From: Lama glama
Taxonomy: Eukaryota
Assembly: GCA_028534125.1 (NCBI GenBank)
Contig: CM052816.1
Coordinates: forward strand, 74,960,001 to 75,024,000
Direction: 5' to 3'
Length of the DNA stretch: 64,000 nucleotides
Positions within the stretch are counted from its first letter, which is position 1; each line of letters starts with the position of its first letter. This document shows positions 13,436-25,582 of the stretch, piece after piece. A program made the translations under genes and the position numbers. The notes under the pieces are model-generated. The model did no database searches. It was not told the DNA's origin and saw only the letters and a program-made list of their open reading frames with translations.

Positions 13436-13443
13436 ACTACCCA

Positions 13444-13778
13444 GTCTGGGGTCTAAATACTTGTGGTCAGCATACAGTTACTTTTTCCATCTGGTAGGGA
13501 TTTCAGTATTTGCAAAACAACCCAAAGGATATGGTTCAGAATATTATCTTTAGCCCTTGAGGAGGAACTGGAGGTCCTTGACTTAAATGGCTAACCACTA
13601 TTATTTTGTCTTGTTCGACTATTTTCCTTTGTCTGCGTTTTCTCACTTCTCTGATTAAATTTATTTTTGGAACTCGGGGAAGGCCTAGGAGGCTAAAGTT
13701 TCTCTACAAACAAGAGGCAAGTGGAGGACACGGCGGGGTCTGTCCCAGGAAGGCTCCATAGGGTCCCACTCAGTTACA
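13444..13778 (-). mobile_element. Partial ERV1-class LTR just downstream of the inferred RIMOC1 poly(A) site
   Basis: Ends in TTACA (TGTAA on minus); resembles ungulate ERV1 LTRs (CCTTGAGGAGGAACT...CTTGACTT, TCTCACTTCTCTGATTAAAT). Confidence 0.6.
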
Positions 13779-13819
13779 AACAGTATATGAGGATGATAAA
13801 AGTTTTCATTCTGGCACAA

Positions 13820-13874
13820 CACCCAGATAGAAAAGAAAAGAAACAAGAAAGAAACATAGGAATATGGTTTTATT
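13820..13874 (-). terminator. Likely distal RIMOC1 polyadenylation signal (AATAAA at 13874-13869) with a U/GU-rich downstream element
   Basis: Minus strand reads TTTTTTTTTAATAAAACCATATTCCTATGTTTCTTTCTTGTTTCTTTTCTTTTC. Implies a ~4.7 kb 3'UTR (inference). Confidence 0.6.
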
Positions 13875-15579
13875 AAAAAAAAAAAGTTTATATACTCCAA
13901 AACATTTTACTTGGAAATTTTCACTAGAAGTAAGAAAACCAAGAACAGTAAGGAACAGGAGCACAAAAACATAATGCATACTTTTAACGGTGGATACATC
14001 AAGTGTATGTTAATGTAATACTTCCATAACATGGTAACTCATATTGTGTTAAAAAAAAAATACTGTTAAGAAGGTGATACTAGAGAACTAGAGAATCCTG
14101 GATTCTGTGGCAAAAGGGGTATCCTTATGGGAACCAGAAGAGCAGCTCTGGAAGGTGAAGAGAGAAAAGTGACAAGCAATCTAAAACTAGCACATCAGCC
14201 AGCAGTGGGTTTTGTTGGGTTTTTTTAATGGCATTAAAATGAATCTGAGAATGCCTTTAGAGACAGTTCCAACTTTAATAAACTTGTAAAGGTAGGAATG
14301 TAAATTTTATTGTGGGATTTCAGGTATGACTCTCACCTCACTCTACTGTATGCGAAGAAATAAGAGAAAATCTTCAGTCAGGATCTAAACTTTCATCAGC
14401 ATCAAACAATTCATGGTAGCCAGACACCCTATAAATGCAGCAAAGCAGATAAGCCTTTAACTAAGTCTCAAAGCCTAGTTAATCTGAGAAAATTCATACT
14501 GGAAAAGAAGCATACAAATTTAAGGACTAGGAAAAATCCTTTAACAGAGTTAAGTTTTTGTAACCATTAGAGAACTCAAAATAGTGTAATAAATGCTACA
14601 ATGCCTTTAGGTTATCACTTACCCACTAGCAAAGACCATACTGGAGAGACACTCTTTAAATGCGATCAAAATAAGAAGTTCCTAGGTAGTGATTCATTCT
14701 TTAATTCAGCATTAGAACTTCCATAAGAAAGAGAAATTTCATGAACATACTAAATGTGCAATGGCACACTGAATGATATTTAATCAAAGGGGTGGAATCT
14801 GAAGACACAAATGCCCAAGTAGACAGGTGCCTACAGGTGCCTTCCCAACCACCCTAAATAAAACAGAGCCCCGTTCCAGAGCCACACTCACTCCACTGCC
14901 CTGCTTTATTCTTCATAGTACTCATCACTTAACATGCTGCACACTTATTTCTTAAAGTGTATTAAGTTCCTCCACTAGAATACAAACTCTGGTGTTTTAC
15001 AAAGCTATATCCTCAATGCCTAGGATAAAACCTGGCATGCAGTAGGCACGTCATACTTGATAAGTGAATTATAGTACTTTGATGATGTGTGAATTACAGT
15101 ACTTTCTTTATGTGAAGTATTTGGAATCTTGACATTAATCCATTCTAAATAAAACAGAATTTATTTAGCAGGCTTTAACACACACAAAGTGTTGTTCATT
15201 GTTTTGTAATACATCAGAGTAAAAAGCACTATAGCTGTTATAGTCTACAAATTATTCTCCAATTGTGTGGGAGATGAAAAAGTTGTACAAAAAGCACCCA
15301 AAAGTACCCTCATCAGTGTACCAAACAGGGAGAGACCCAAGTGGTTCACAAGGGTCGTGATGGCAAAATGGGAGTTCCCAGCTTCTGAAGAGAAAGTTCT
15401 CTCATTTTCTCAGGTTCAAAATCTAAGTAATACTTCACTCCTCTGTGGAGTAATTCCCTGTTCGCTTTGTCAGCCAGTGGTATAAAGGGCATGGCAGTTT
15501 GGAATCCAGTGGCAGTAACCGTTCTGTGCAAAGTACAGCACTTTAGAATCATATCTCTTATTAATTCAAAAACATTACT

Positions 15580-17720
15580 AAGAGCCTACTGTTCAGTAAG
15601 CACTATGTATAAAGATAAATTTTTAAAACATGGAGTTTGCCAATTCATAAGAAAAATGACTATAAAGCAGTAACATGGCAGGGGAAGACTAAGGGAGCAG
15701 AAGCAAAGGAACGTGTAGCTTTGAATGAAAAAGGCTGGAAAAAGTCTTATGGATACAACATAACTGAAGCTGAGTCCTAAAGGATAAATGGGTAGTCACT
15801 TGGCCATAATGAAGGGCAAAGCATTCCAGGCAAAAGTAAGGAGGTCTGTGAAGGGTATCAAGGGAAAAGACACAGCACACTTGAGAAGCAACTGAAACAA
15901 TTGTGACTGACTACAATGCTCCAAAAGGAGCGACGTGGGGGTGGGCAGTCTGTGATTTACATCTTTATATTTAGAAAGCACAAAGGTATTTTCATAGTAA
16001 AACTTGTCAAAAGCTAAGTTAAATAAAAATCTTAACTGTGTAGTGATAACTAAGGAGACAGAGATAGGGAGAGATTCTTCTTGTCCCAAGAGGCTCTATC
16101 AGAATATTTGTTCATCAGAAAGGAGCCTGAGGAACACTGGACTAGAATATGATCCCACAGGAGGAACTACAGAGATGGGGCTGGCAAGGCAAGCAGAAGA
16201 AACCAGGTGCAGTGTTCGGCGTTGCCCTGCTTTGTGAAAGATCGAAAAAAGAGAAAATATGAACTGCAAAAGATTTTTAGATGAACGATGAGGATGAGCT
16301 GCTTGAACATGTAGAATTTAAAATTACTACAGGATGTCCAAGTGAAGATTTTTACCAGGCAGTTAGAAAGGTTTAGAGAGCAGAAGAGTAGCTGGGATTC
16401 AAACTGCAGTTTGGGAATCAGCCCAACATCACAGGTGGAAGAAGCCATAGCTATGAATAATATCACCTAAGAGTCCAGCTGACCTTTGAACAACTCAGGG
16501 GTTAGGGGTCCAACCCTCTTGGCAGTCAAAAAATCTGAGTATAATTTATAGTCGACCCTTCACACCCGCGATTCCTCTGTATCTGCAGATGTAATCAACC
16601 GCTGATTGTGTAGTGCTGGAGTATTCACCACTGGGAAAAACCCCACGAATAAGTAGACCCATGTAGTTCAAATCTGTGTTGCTCAAGGGTCGACTGTATT
16701 TCGAGTAAGTGAAAAAGCAAAAAAAGAGGAAAGAAAAGAAGGAAAAGGGGGAGAAGAGGGAGAAAAAAGAGAAAAAGGATAGCACTCTGGGAAAGAGCAA
16801 TACCTACAGGATATTGGCAGGAAAAAAAAGAGGAGCCCCAGGGGAAACGAGGGAGCCAGGAGAGGAAAAACGGAGACTGAGCCGCAACACGAAGCAGGCT
16901 ATCTCTTTTTCTCTAAAAACGGGGAAAATGAGTAGGGCAATTCTGGTAAACAGATGCTGCCTCCTCACAGTCTCTATCTTCTGTAAGACAGAACCAAGAG
17001 CCACGCGCTGGGGAGGAGACAGAGGGCCAGAGGAAACTGATGACAAAGTTAGATGCCACAGTCGGAAAGGGACGGGGGCCACACTGGTAACAGACTTACA
17101 TCACATTACCTTACCTTACAAAAAGGCTTACATTGAGGGCTCATCTAAAGCTGAAGGTGAGATACTTAAAGCATTCCACTTTGAAGGGCTGCAGGAACTT
17201 CACATGGAACTCAGCAACTCAGAAAAGAAGGCAGAATGATAGAATTAATTCAATGTTGAGGGCTTGCAGAATGATTAGGCTGAAGGACAAGGGGAAGATG
17301 TGTTTGAAGGGATTGCAGAGCACTTCATATGGTGCCCCATAAGGTCGAGGCTGGATAGGGAAAGAAGAAAATCTGAAAGAGGCTGATGGTTAGAAGAAAA
17401 GGAGGCAGTCAAGAGAAGGAGGCTATGAAGAAGCTAAAGAAATAGAGAAGAAATAAGAGAGAAAAACAGCAATAAAAATGAGGAAGTAAAAAGCTGGAAA
17501 GATGAGAATTGTCATCAATCATTGAAATTTAAGATTCAGAAAGAGAAACTCAGGATAGTGTGGCCTTGGGGTTAAGCTCCTGGAATGTGATGAAGTCAAT
17601 GGCCCAGAGGTCAAGGATATTGGCAAGGTATCAGGAGGATCATCCCAAGATGATAATAAGAATTGAGGTAGACAGAAAGACTGTAAGCAAGATACCAGGT
17701 TAGACTCTTGACCTTTGTCA
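15580..17720. mobile_element. Degenerate L2 fragments (purine-rich on +), interrupted by the MITE
   Basis: L2-like text (TGAAGCTGAGTCCTAAAGGAT, AGCATTCCAGGC, GATGTCCAAGTGAAGAT, TTTGGGAATCAGCC). Confidence 0.55.
16476..16696. mobile_element. Tigger2-derived MITE (MER8/Tigger2a-like) in the inferred RIMOC1 3'UTR
   Basis: Inverted termini CAGCTGACCTTTGAACAAC and GTTGCTCAAGGGTCGACTG, followed by TA; 221 bp. Confidence 0.82.
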
Positions 17721-18513
17721 CTCACCCCTACTATTAAAGACAAAAAATATTAAAATTTCAAAGTATATGAAAAGTTGTGCCCTAAAGATACATGAGCTAA
17801 TAGCAGACTAACCTAACTTGATTTTATCTTCATTACACATTGAATAAACCATGCATATTCTATTAAACAAAATAGGAAAATCATTTAAAAATGTTTATAA
17901 AATGCCTAATACACTAAAAAATTTTAAATGCCATTAGTAATATGTGGTAAAATAATTAAACAAAAATTATTTTGTGGAGTGTTTCATCATTTACCTTGTT
18001 CTAGAAATGGTAACTGGATATTAGCCATAATTTTTCCTTATGACAATTTTCATATCCATAGCATATATCCAAAGCAATGAGGGGACTTGATTTTAATCTC
18101 TGAAGTGTAGCAGACTTCAAGATAGGGAGATTAAAAAGTAATCCAAAGATGGTTAAAACAGTCAATTTTATGTTATGTATATTGTACCACAATAAAAAAA
18201 AAATAACCTAAAATAAAAAGAAAAAAATCTTTATAAAGATGAATTGGATTCCTCCTTAGTATTAGTTACAGGATATCTGTAGTTAGAATAACATAAATGC
18301 CAACTTAGAAATTAAAGAATCGTTCCCTCACAGGCTTAAGAGTATAAAGTGAAAGATGGTGACGGCATTTAAAAAAGCGTAACTGTGCTGGCTATCTTCA
18401 TGTATTGTAATGTTTTTAAACTCAATATCAATATGTCTTCTTTTCTGGAACTTCCATTTCATGAGTCTTTTTGTTTGTTTGTCTTCCTGTCTGAAGAGGA
18501 CTAGATGAACTTA

Positions 18514-18797
18514 CTAGTTAGTGTGATGCTGAAAGAAGCTTAAGATTTGTTTTGCATTTGTCGTATTCCATTCTTGTTCTTTCAGGGGTCCTTCGCACAC
18601 AGATACATACTTTTTCAAAATTTTTTCTCCTACTTCTCGGAAATCCAAGGGTTCTTTGCATGTAGGGTTGCTTGCTCCAGAAACACCAGTATCCAATTCA
18701 TGATTTTCTGGCTGTTGATCTGCACAATGCTTCAATCCCCAAAAACACATTTCTCCACTGTACATCATAGCCAGCAAATGAATGTCACTAAATATTC
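18514..18797 (-). CDS. RIMOC1: RIMOC1/C5orf51 coding exon 6 (GIFSDIHLLAMMYSGEMCFWG...NAKQILSFFQHHTN*)
   Basis: Within ORF 18514..18882. Acceptor TTTCCCAG|GA; TAG stop; completes a 293-aa CDS. Confidence 0.95.
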
Positions 18798-20705
18798 CTG
18801 GGAAAGTCATTTGAGAGATTAGAATTAAAAATGTAAAAAGAAACCTGGTGATTAAGATTGTAATAAATTCCTTTTGCAACATTAAACATTCTCCCTCCTT
18901 ATTTAATGGCTATCCTTAGAAAAGCCAATTATCACTAATACAATCCTCATTTCATTGGCACTTCTATCTCTTTTTTATCTATAAAGCCAGCCCAAACCCA
19001 CCCTCAAAAAGAATTATTTTTAAAGAATTGTTTAGGTCAATGTGTTACTCCTTCTGAGGTTCTCTTTAAGATGTCTTTGAGAATCTAATCTATATTGACA
19101 GAACCTCTCCCAGAACATACACCCCATATTCCACATACAATTTCAGAGTACTCAAACACTCCCTCAGTCCCATCCATGAACACAGCTTTTATTCTGGGGT
19201 ATATTCTAGGATCAATGATATAGTTCATAAATTTCTACAAGAGTGTAGAGATGATCCTGCATAATCATGTCCCTGAGAAGCCATTTAATTCTAAATTACC
19301 AAAGATGTTAAATTATATCCAAGATGCCTTATGTTACCAGGAAAAAGAAATACACTGCAGGATGTTCATCAAAAGCTGAAAGCATTCTTATTATGGAATA
19401 AGGCAATGTTATATAATTAAACATTTATGACACATAAAGTACATTAATTTGATATAAAAACAAATAGACCTACAACTGTAAAGATCTGGGGATAAATTAT
19501 TGACTTTGTACAACTCAGCAAAGTCTTTAAGCCTCAGTTTGCAAAAATCAGGATTCCACATGCCCTACTTATTTCATGGAATTTTCTTAAGAAGCACATG
19601 AAATAAAAATATAAAGTGCTATTAAATTATATAACTAACTTCTTAAAGTCACTAGAATACAGATAAATGATCTATCCTATTAAACAGGTACTTGTGTGAT
19701 TTGAAAAGTTTACCTCAAATAAACAAGCATCATAATCTCAGTGCTCACCTAACGCAGCTCATCAGAAATGACTAAAATAGTATCAGAGACATAGAAATAG
19801 AAGCAAAATTCAACTTCCAAAACTGTTATAGTTTCTATTGCCTTGAATCTATTACAAGCTTTTTATAGTCTCAGGGTGTGTCCCTACAGCTATCCCCTTC
19901 ACCTCACCTCAAATTCAGCTTAAAAATAGTAGCAAGAGAAGAACAAGCTTAGCAAGAGCTGATTCATTGTATCAACATAGGAGTTAATCATTTAAGAGCA
20001 GAAGCTGAGGCTTGCATTCATAAAAGTATGATAGGCTACTCTACTAATTATGCTTTCTATGTACAGAACGACTCACTCAATGAGCATAATGTATATTACA
20101 AATAATCATTTCTTTTCACTTTATTCCTTCATAGTTAAAAGATCATAAACCTCAGAGAAAATGCTGGACTAGCATTAGATGTTATTCAGAATATAAAGAG
20201 AAACGGACCTAGAACTGAAAAGATCTGGGTGTAAATCACTGACTTTGTGCAATTCACCAAAGCTCTTTAAGGCTGTTTGCAAAACTCAAGATTCCACATG
20301 CCCTACTTATTTCCAAATTAACAAAATTCACTGCAGAATTACATTTCATTAGATACGGCATTTCATTGAATGCATATCCTTTTTCATTTTTGTGATCCTA
20401 CACTCTTAATTATTCCTAAAAAGACTGGTGGAGGGGAGTAAGGAGATAGAAGTAAAACTGAAGGGAAGGCCGAACTTTTAAACACTTGACTACAGCCTTG
20501 GGAGGAGGAACTGAAATGAGTTCCCCCAGTGAAGCCACTTGTAAAAGATGAAGAGTGTTTGCTTAAGGGAGATTTGGGATCCAACATATGCCCAACTCTA
20601 AAAGTACCTCATTCTTTTTGTTAACAAGGATTGACTGCTGAACAAGAAACACAGATACCCTGTGGGAAGGTGTTTCTAGGGAGAGAATGAATAGCTGTAT
20701 GCTGA

Positions 20706-20885
20706 AGAGTGGTTCTCAAACTTTAATCTGCACTAGAACTACCTGGACGACATGCTCAAATGCTCATCACTGGGCCCCCACCTCCAAGACTTCCAGACTT
20801 AGGTATGGGGTTGGGTCTATGAATTTGTATTTTTAACCGTATTTTTAACAAAGTCCTAGGGTGAGCTGGTCCATAGACTATGTTC
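20706..20885. mobile_element. MER5A-like hAT-Charlie element
   Basis: AGTGGTTCTCAAACTTTAATCTGCACTAGAACTACCTGG...CTGGGCCCCCACC...GAATTTGTATTTTTAAC. Confidence 0.7.
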
Positions 20886-22299
20886 AACTATACTATGTTA
20901 AAATATCAAATGAAGAGATGAATAATGTAAAAATTAGGCACTTTCTCCATCTCTACTGCCCCAAGGAAGCCACTGCTCTGTAGCTGTTGTCTTTTTGCTG
21001 CTACAAATTTTCTGTGACTTTTTTTTCTGCCAATGCTCAGCACAGTTTTCAATAAAAGACTTCATTTTGTACTATTCACATCCTTGATGAACACACATGT
21101 GATAGCAGTGGGTACAGGGAGGGAGAAGGTGACTAACCCATGAAGTAACAGTAAGGGCAGAAAGATCTTTAACTTTCACAGAAGAAAAAACTTTCACAGA
21201 CTGGCAACTGCTAGAAGCAGTGATGTCTCAATCTGATTATCATAATTATGGGAGCTTATAAAAAGATTCCTGGATTCCATATACTAAGTCAGAACCTGCA
21301 GGTAATACACAGAAATCTGTATTTTTCACAAGCTATTTAGGTAATTAGTGAAGTCAGCTCAGAGCTGCTCCTTCAGGAGATCTGTAATCCAGGTTCTGGG
21401 CTAAGAAATGAACCAAAGGCTGCTGGGAAGTGGGGGGTTCCTCAGTAGTATATAAAAAGGGCATAAACCAAGGATGCACACAGCTAAACAGCCTTTTAAC
21501 CTATTTAATTCGAGTTATTCTGACAAGGCTATTTTTATAAGGGCCCAGAGAGGAATGAAGCACAGAAATGAGGTAAAGAGGTTTACTAAACACGTTACTT
21601 GGTAATTTTTAAAAGCTGAAAATTTAAAATGGCATACAAGCAATGTTCAAAGGACAAAATGACTGTCTCACCTTGGAAAAAGAAACAAAAATCATACTAC
21701 GTTTACACAGCTTTGAGTTTTATCTAAAATCAGGTAAATGCCCACTGAAGGAGTGCATTGTTTCCACAGTAAGTTTCTTTTAGGACAAGCTGTTTGAAGG
21801 TAACAACTTCTGGACACTAGTAGCCAGTCATAAATTAATGATTCTTAAATTAAGGTGCTTTTTCTATGCAATGCTTTCAAATAGAAAGGAAAAGCCTACA
21901 GAAGCTAACAAAGAAAGAATAATTAAAATACACTTACAAAACTAAAATATAGAATTTTCTCTAAGAAATTTCTTCTTCCCCATTCGCTTTTTTCCCCATC
22001 AAAATTTCAGATAAAGTATAAAAGAAAGTTTACACATATAATCTAACATCACTTGTCAGCTATGTCACCTTGAACAGGTCATTTAGCTTATCAGGATCTC
22101 AGTTCCTCTATTTGCAAAAAGAGATGGTGAAAATAAATTGTTCTTCCCTCTCCAATCTCAGTCTAAAACCCAAATGATGCTCTATATTTAGTTCCTATCA
22201 TGTTTAAGGGCATAGATGTTTATAACAGAAACTAATAATTATCACTTAATATTCATTCTTCCCATCTTTTCTGGAAAAGAGACTATTTATTTGGGATAA

Positions 22300-22700
22300 A
22301 TCATGTAAAAGGCTATCTATTGCAGATTCTCTTGTAGCTATATGAAGCCATGCTATTAAATTCTGGCCAGTGAAATGCAGGAGTTGTAAGAAACTTCCAA
22401 GAAGGTAGCTCCAAAGGAGCAGACCTGGATGAAAGAAACATCCTTTGGCTATTTTTATAGCCTGAAACACAGCTGAGATGGAAGGAACCTGAGATACTGA
22501 GAATGGAAGAAAGATCCTCAACAGGGATGCATGTTGCACAGCTCTGGCAAGTACTGTTTACATGTATTCTATACAAAGTGCCTCCCTCTGAAGCTGTGGG
22601 GCTCCACTTCGAAAGATGATGAAAGAGAAAGACAAGATCCCTGATGATGCTACGAAGCCACCATACCCAGCTCTGGACCTTTTTAAGGTGAAAAAGCAGT
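22300..22700. mobile_element. Old MLT1-type LTR fragment
   Basis: TTCTGGCCAGTGAAATG, GAGATGGAAGGAACCTGAG, AGCCACCATACCCAGCTCTGGAC; diverged. Confidence 0.5.
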
Positions 22701-22728
22701 AAATTTCTCCTTTAAAAGTTACTTCCAG

Positions 22729-22857
22729 GGGAGAGGGTATTGCTCAGAAGATCCTGGGTTCAATCCCCAGTACTTCCATTAAATAAACAAACAAACAAAC
22801 AAACCTAATTACCTACTCCCTCAAAATAAATAAACAAAAATTTAAAAGTGAAAAACA
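22729..22857 (+). mobile_element. tRNA-Ala-derived camelid SINE (Vic-1 type), internally deleted, with 15-bp TSD
   Basis: GGGAGAGGGTATTGCTCAG...CCTGGGTTCAATCCCCAGTACTTCCATTAAAT...CCTAATTACC and an A-rich tail. TSD AAAAGTTACTTCCAG at 22714-22728 and 22858-22872, preceded by TTT. Confidence 0.88.
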
Positions 22858-23152
22858 AAAAGTTACTTCCAGTCTGTGTTACAAGAGAAACTAGAGGCTG
22901 ATCAGGGATTTGTGGGGATGCAAAATAAGTAAAAGCTACATGCCATATCACTGTCACCAAATTACTAGGAAGAGATTAGCAGTATTTTTCCATATTACCT
23001 GAGAAGATTACTGAATTTTTTAAAAGCTCTTTTATTATTTTGTCTATAATGTAACTTGAAATTTATTTAAATCAGAGTTAAATCTAATAAACGTCTTAAA
23101 TTTTTAAAAAGCTTTAAAACACTTAGAAAACTGAAAAAAGAGATCACATTAC

Positions 23153-23267
23153 CTTCACTCAGTAATTTAGCTGTGTCTAGGTCTTGGAAAGATACACCTT
23201 CATTTAACTGAATAGGACACCGATAATTTAGCATCTGTAGCAAGTAACTGATTCCATCAACAAGGTA
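23153..23267 (-). CDS. RIMOC1: RIMOC1 coding exon 5 (YLVDGISYLLQMLNYRCPIQLNEGVSFQDLDTAKLLSE)
   Basis: Manual translation. Acceptor TTTAG|, donor G|GTAATG; 115 bp. Confidence 0.94.
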
Positions 23268-24176
23268 CTAAATGAAAGTCAAAGACAAAGAATTTAAGTA
23301 TTATATGCAGAGCTGCAGAAATTTCAAATGTTATTTTTCCCCATCCTTTACTCAAGAGAAAATTGGCTAACATATAGATATATCTTATGGCTGTTACATT
23401 ACAATGCTATAAGGACCTACTACCCCAAAACTTTTATAAGTATAATCCTCCAATTAGTAAGAGTATGGGGGAAAAAAACAACAACGAAAGAAATCATTAA
23501 CCAAGAACACATAATTCAGTAACATACTTGTCAAAAATATTAAGAGGAAAGAAAGATATAGATAATAAAGATGTGCTCAACAAATTGTTAAAAACATCGA
23601 TGCATTTACTTTAATTTAGAAACATTTTGATCAAGCTTTTATGTCTGAAGGAGTGACCTCTCATCTGCAGGCCCACATAAACCATGTGTACAATCAACCC
23701 AAGTTAGGATCCTTAGTGATACAACGACAGGACCTTTGGATTTACTGATTTGGTCAGAAGAGTCAAGACAAATCAGAGGGCCACAATTTTCTAGAAGCAG
23801 GGTCATGCGGGAGTTTTAGGAGTGACCTGCTGATAGAGGCTCACAATCAAGTTTGTTTTCTTCAGGCCAAACAATATGCTTAGAAATTAATATAGATTAT
23901 CTACCTTGAATTTTAAAAAATAAAAATCTAGAACTAAAAAACAAAACAAAACAAAAAACAGGTAAAACTTCCCAGTTTACAAAGGGTCTTCACCTGTTAC
24001 CATATTTAATTTTCACAGTAATTCCAATTTGTTTAAGATTACATAGCTGGTAAGTAAAAGACCTGGAATGCAAACCCAGGCCCTTTGATTCCTCTATTCT
24101 TAATACCATACTATATACAGCTTTTGGAAACCTATAAATGTCAATTATCAAAAATGTAGGAGGAATGCCTTTTTAC

Positions 24177-24308
24177 CTTTTTAAGCAAACTAGATTTTCT
24201 TGTGAGCCACTCTCTCCTTTTGGTCAGAGAATGACAATACATATAGAGTAGGGCTCCTCGTCTCCAGGAGAGACATTCCAGGAGTTCGTCCCCAAGCAAA
24301 TCGCAGTT
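24177..24308 (-). CDS. RIMOC1: RIMOC1 coding exon 4 (NCDLLGDELLECLSWRRGALLYMYCHSLTKRREWLTRKSSLLKK)
   Basis: Within ORF 24141..24377. Acceptor TTTCAG|, donor AAG|GTAAAA; 132 bp. Confidence 0.95.
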
Positions 24309-25438
24309 CTGAAACACAACGAAGACACAGCTAAATAGACAAACTTCAAGTCTGTAAAAATCAAAATCAAATTTCAAAATATTGAGCCATTAAAAACACT
24401 CCAATTTCACAAAATTTACTCTATTCTTAGCAGCTTACACAGGAATGCCTTACTCTGAATCAATTAGAAATACAGAAATCTATCACTACATTAAAATTAA
24501 AATTACTACTCCAATTCACAAATTCTTCTAGAAAATGATGTTCAAATATTTTAGCAGCCAACTCTCTAATATATACGAAATATAAGTATTCTATAATCTG
24601 ATTGAAAAAGTAAGTTTTCAGAAATATACATTGCTTGAAACAAGGTCATACCTATCTCTACTACTGCTAAAATAAAATAATGAAAAGATATACACAAAAA
24701 CAATTTTAATAAGTCAAACTTTTACTATGTTGTGTCATATAAAACTTGGGACTATTTGTTTCCAAAGTCAGCATTCCCTGATAAACACAAGGAGCAACAA
24801 AGATATGTAGGAGAGATAGCCAGCAGACAGAAAGATGAGAAATTATCTGCTTGAAAGAGTAGCCAGGGCTAGAGGTAAAAATCTTGGAATCATTAAATAG
24901 AGATGGAACTAAAAAGCAAGTGAACAGGCTGTCAAAGACAGAACAGAGACTATCAGAGGAGATATCCTTGAGGCATGTCTGTTTCCAGAATGGGAGAGAG
25001 GGAAGATGCTTGGAAAAAAGCAAGAACAAGGCTTCTCAGAGATAAGAAGAGCATGCAGGGCCTCCAAGGGATGGGATGATCAGTGGTAAGAAAGGCAGCA
25101 AATGTCCAGTAAGATGAGGACTATAGAAAGGACAAGAGATGTGGGAATTAGATGACTAGGGATCTTCAAGAAAACACAGCATCTGCAAAAGTGAAGGGAG
25201 CAGAAATAGCAATGTGTGTTTAGAAAATGACAGGGCACTGTAATTACAATACAATTCCAATATGCAGACATTCTGAAACATATTTACAAAGTATGAAGTG
25301 TTCAACTCTCATATATCCCTGCTTCAATCTTCATTTAAAACAAAGATACATGTTTGAAGAAACAAGTACAGATTCTAAAGAATAGCAAAGTAAGAATTAG
25401 CAGCATTCCACCATAATTTGTAGTTGTGGAAAACTTAC

Positions 25439-25582
25439 TTTTGGGTGCAAATTATTTTCTTTAACTAAAATTTCTGGTTCTGAAAGAAAACTGATTAGCT
25501 CTTTTACTTTTTGTGAAGAATCTTCAGGAAAATCTTCATCTACCAGCTTGTTCTCCTCAAAATACGTCATGTCCAAAATAGC
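25439..25582 (-). CDS. RIMOC1: RIMOC1 coding exon 3 (AILDMTYFEENKLVDEDFPEDSSQKVKELISFLSEPEILVKENNLHPK)
   Basis: Manual translation. Acceptor TTCAG|, donor AAA|GTAAGT; 144 bp. Confidence 0.94.

Noticed and set aside
16709..17239. 176-aa Lys/Glu-rich ORF
   Set aside because: Non-ATG start in purine-rich degenerate L2-like sequence, antisense to the RIMOC1 3'UTR; no recognisable domain.
8408..23153. RIMOC1-FBXO4 read-through fusion protein (tandem genes ~4 kb apart)
   Set aside because: The canonical chimera (RIMOC1 exon 5, phase 1, to FBXO4 exon 2, phase 0) reads GAT TGA, an immediate stop. An in-frame product would need extra exon skipping, for which there is no evidence.
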